In this document: piece by piece, positions 63,517 through 64,000 of the stretch | Layout: each line of letters begins with the position of its first letter | Numbering within the stretch: position 1 is the stretch's first letter | NCBI RefSeq assembly: GCF_002105155.1 | Contig: NW_019029021.1 | Location: forward strand, 62,001 to 126,000 | Length of the DNA stretch: 64,000 nt | DNA from: Lobosporangium transversale | Taxonomy: Eukaryota | Direction: 5' to 3' | Made by a program: the position numbers and the translations under genes | Notes under the pieces: generated by a model | The model's input: the letters and a program-made list of their open reading frames with translations, nothing else | Databases searched by the model: none | What the model was told of the DNA's origin: nothing

Positions 63517-64000
63517 TATAGTTTTAAATAAATGAGAGCAATGACACATATAGCCTGGTATGGAGAACAAGCGCCATAGCCATAAGGCTTCGAAGGCCTA
63601 CCACTGATGATTAGGACACCTTCGTGATAATGGTGACAAAGTAAAAAAAAAAAAAAAACGTTACATTTTGGCTACAATAGTGCCTGCTTTTTGCATCCCA
63701 TGGAGCTTTTTACACAATGCATTTGTCAAGTCTATTTAAAAGCGCTCTTCTAAAAGAGTTTTTCAAGCATTGTTTATGAGTGGGCTAGGGTCTTGTTAGA
63801 GCTAATGAGCGTGTGGGGAAGATGGGCTGTTTTGTGGCCCATATGGGCATACTCGACTCCTGGATCTATAGAGAGTTTCCATACGAAAATTCTCAAATGG
63901 ACAACGCCGCATTGTGGTTTCTCCCTGATGGAATCCAACACTATAGAGCTTTCGTCATTATTAGAAGCTCTGTACAGCATGCGCGTCGGAAGTGCCTGGT

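Overview
Eukaryotic fungal DNA: GT-AG introns, many poly-A/T tracts and microsatellites. The gene families (F-box/LRR expansions, RNI-like LRR relics) suggest Mortierellaceae/Mucoromycota, which is an inference. Recognisable genes are an MFS transporter plus a truncated paralog, an Ap4A phosphorylase (APA-like), a Yip1-domain protein, a BRCT-like acidic protein, a secreted 2H-phosphoesterase, a CDK-like kinase, five F-box/LRR genes (four forming a mosaic inverted array), a cluster of small orphan helical proteins and several decayed elements. The main finding is at 27985-31479 (+): three ORF-track fragments and one exon missing from the track splice, through three canonical introns, into one ~1080-aa protein. 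It has an N-terminal XPG/FEN1-type (PIN-fold) 5' nuclease and a C-terminal Fanzor/TnpB-type RuvC with a zinc finger, followed by a hairpin that may belong to an omegaRNA. This copy has a 1-nt frameshift and two suspicious substitutions, so it may be decaying or mis-assembled. A decayed PIF/Harbinger-like DDE transposase followed by a chromodomain lies at about 59.0-59.6 kb. All calls come from manual translation and motif recognition; no searches were run.
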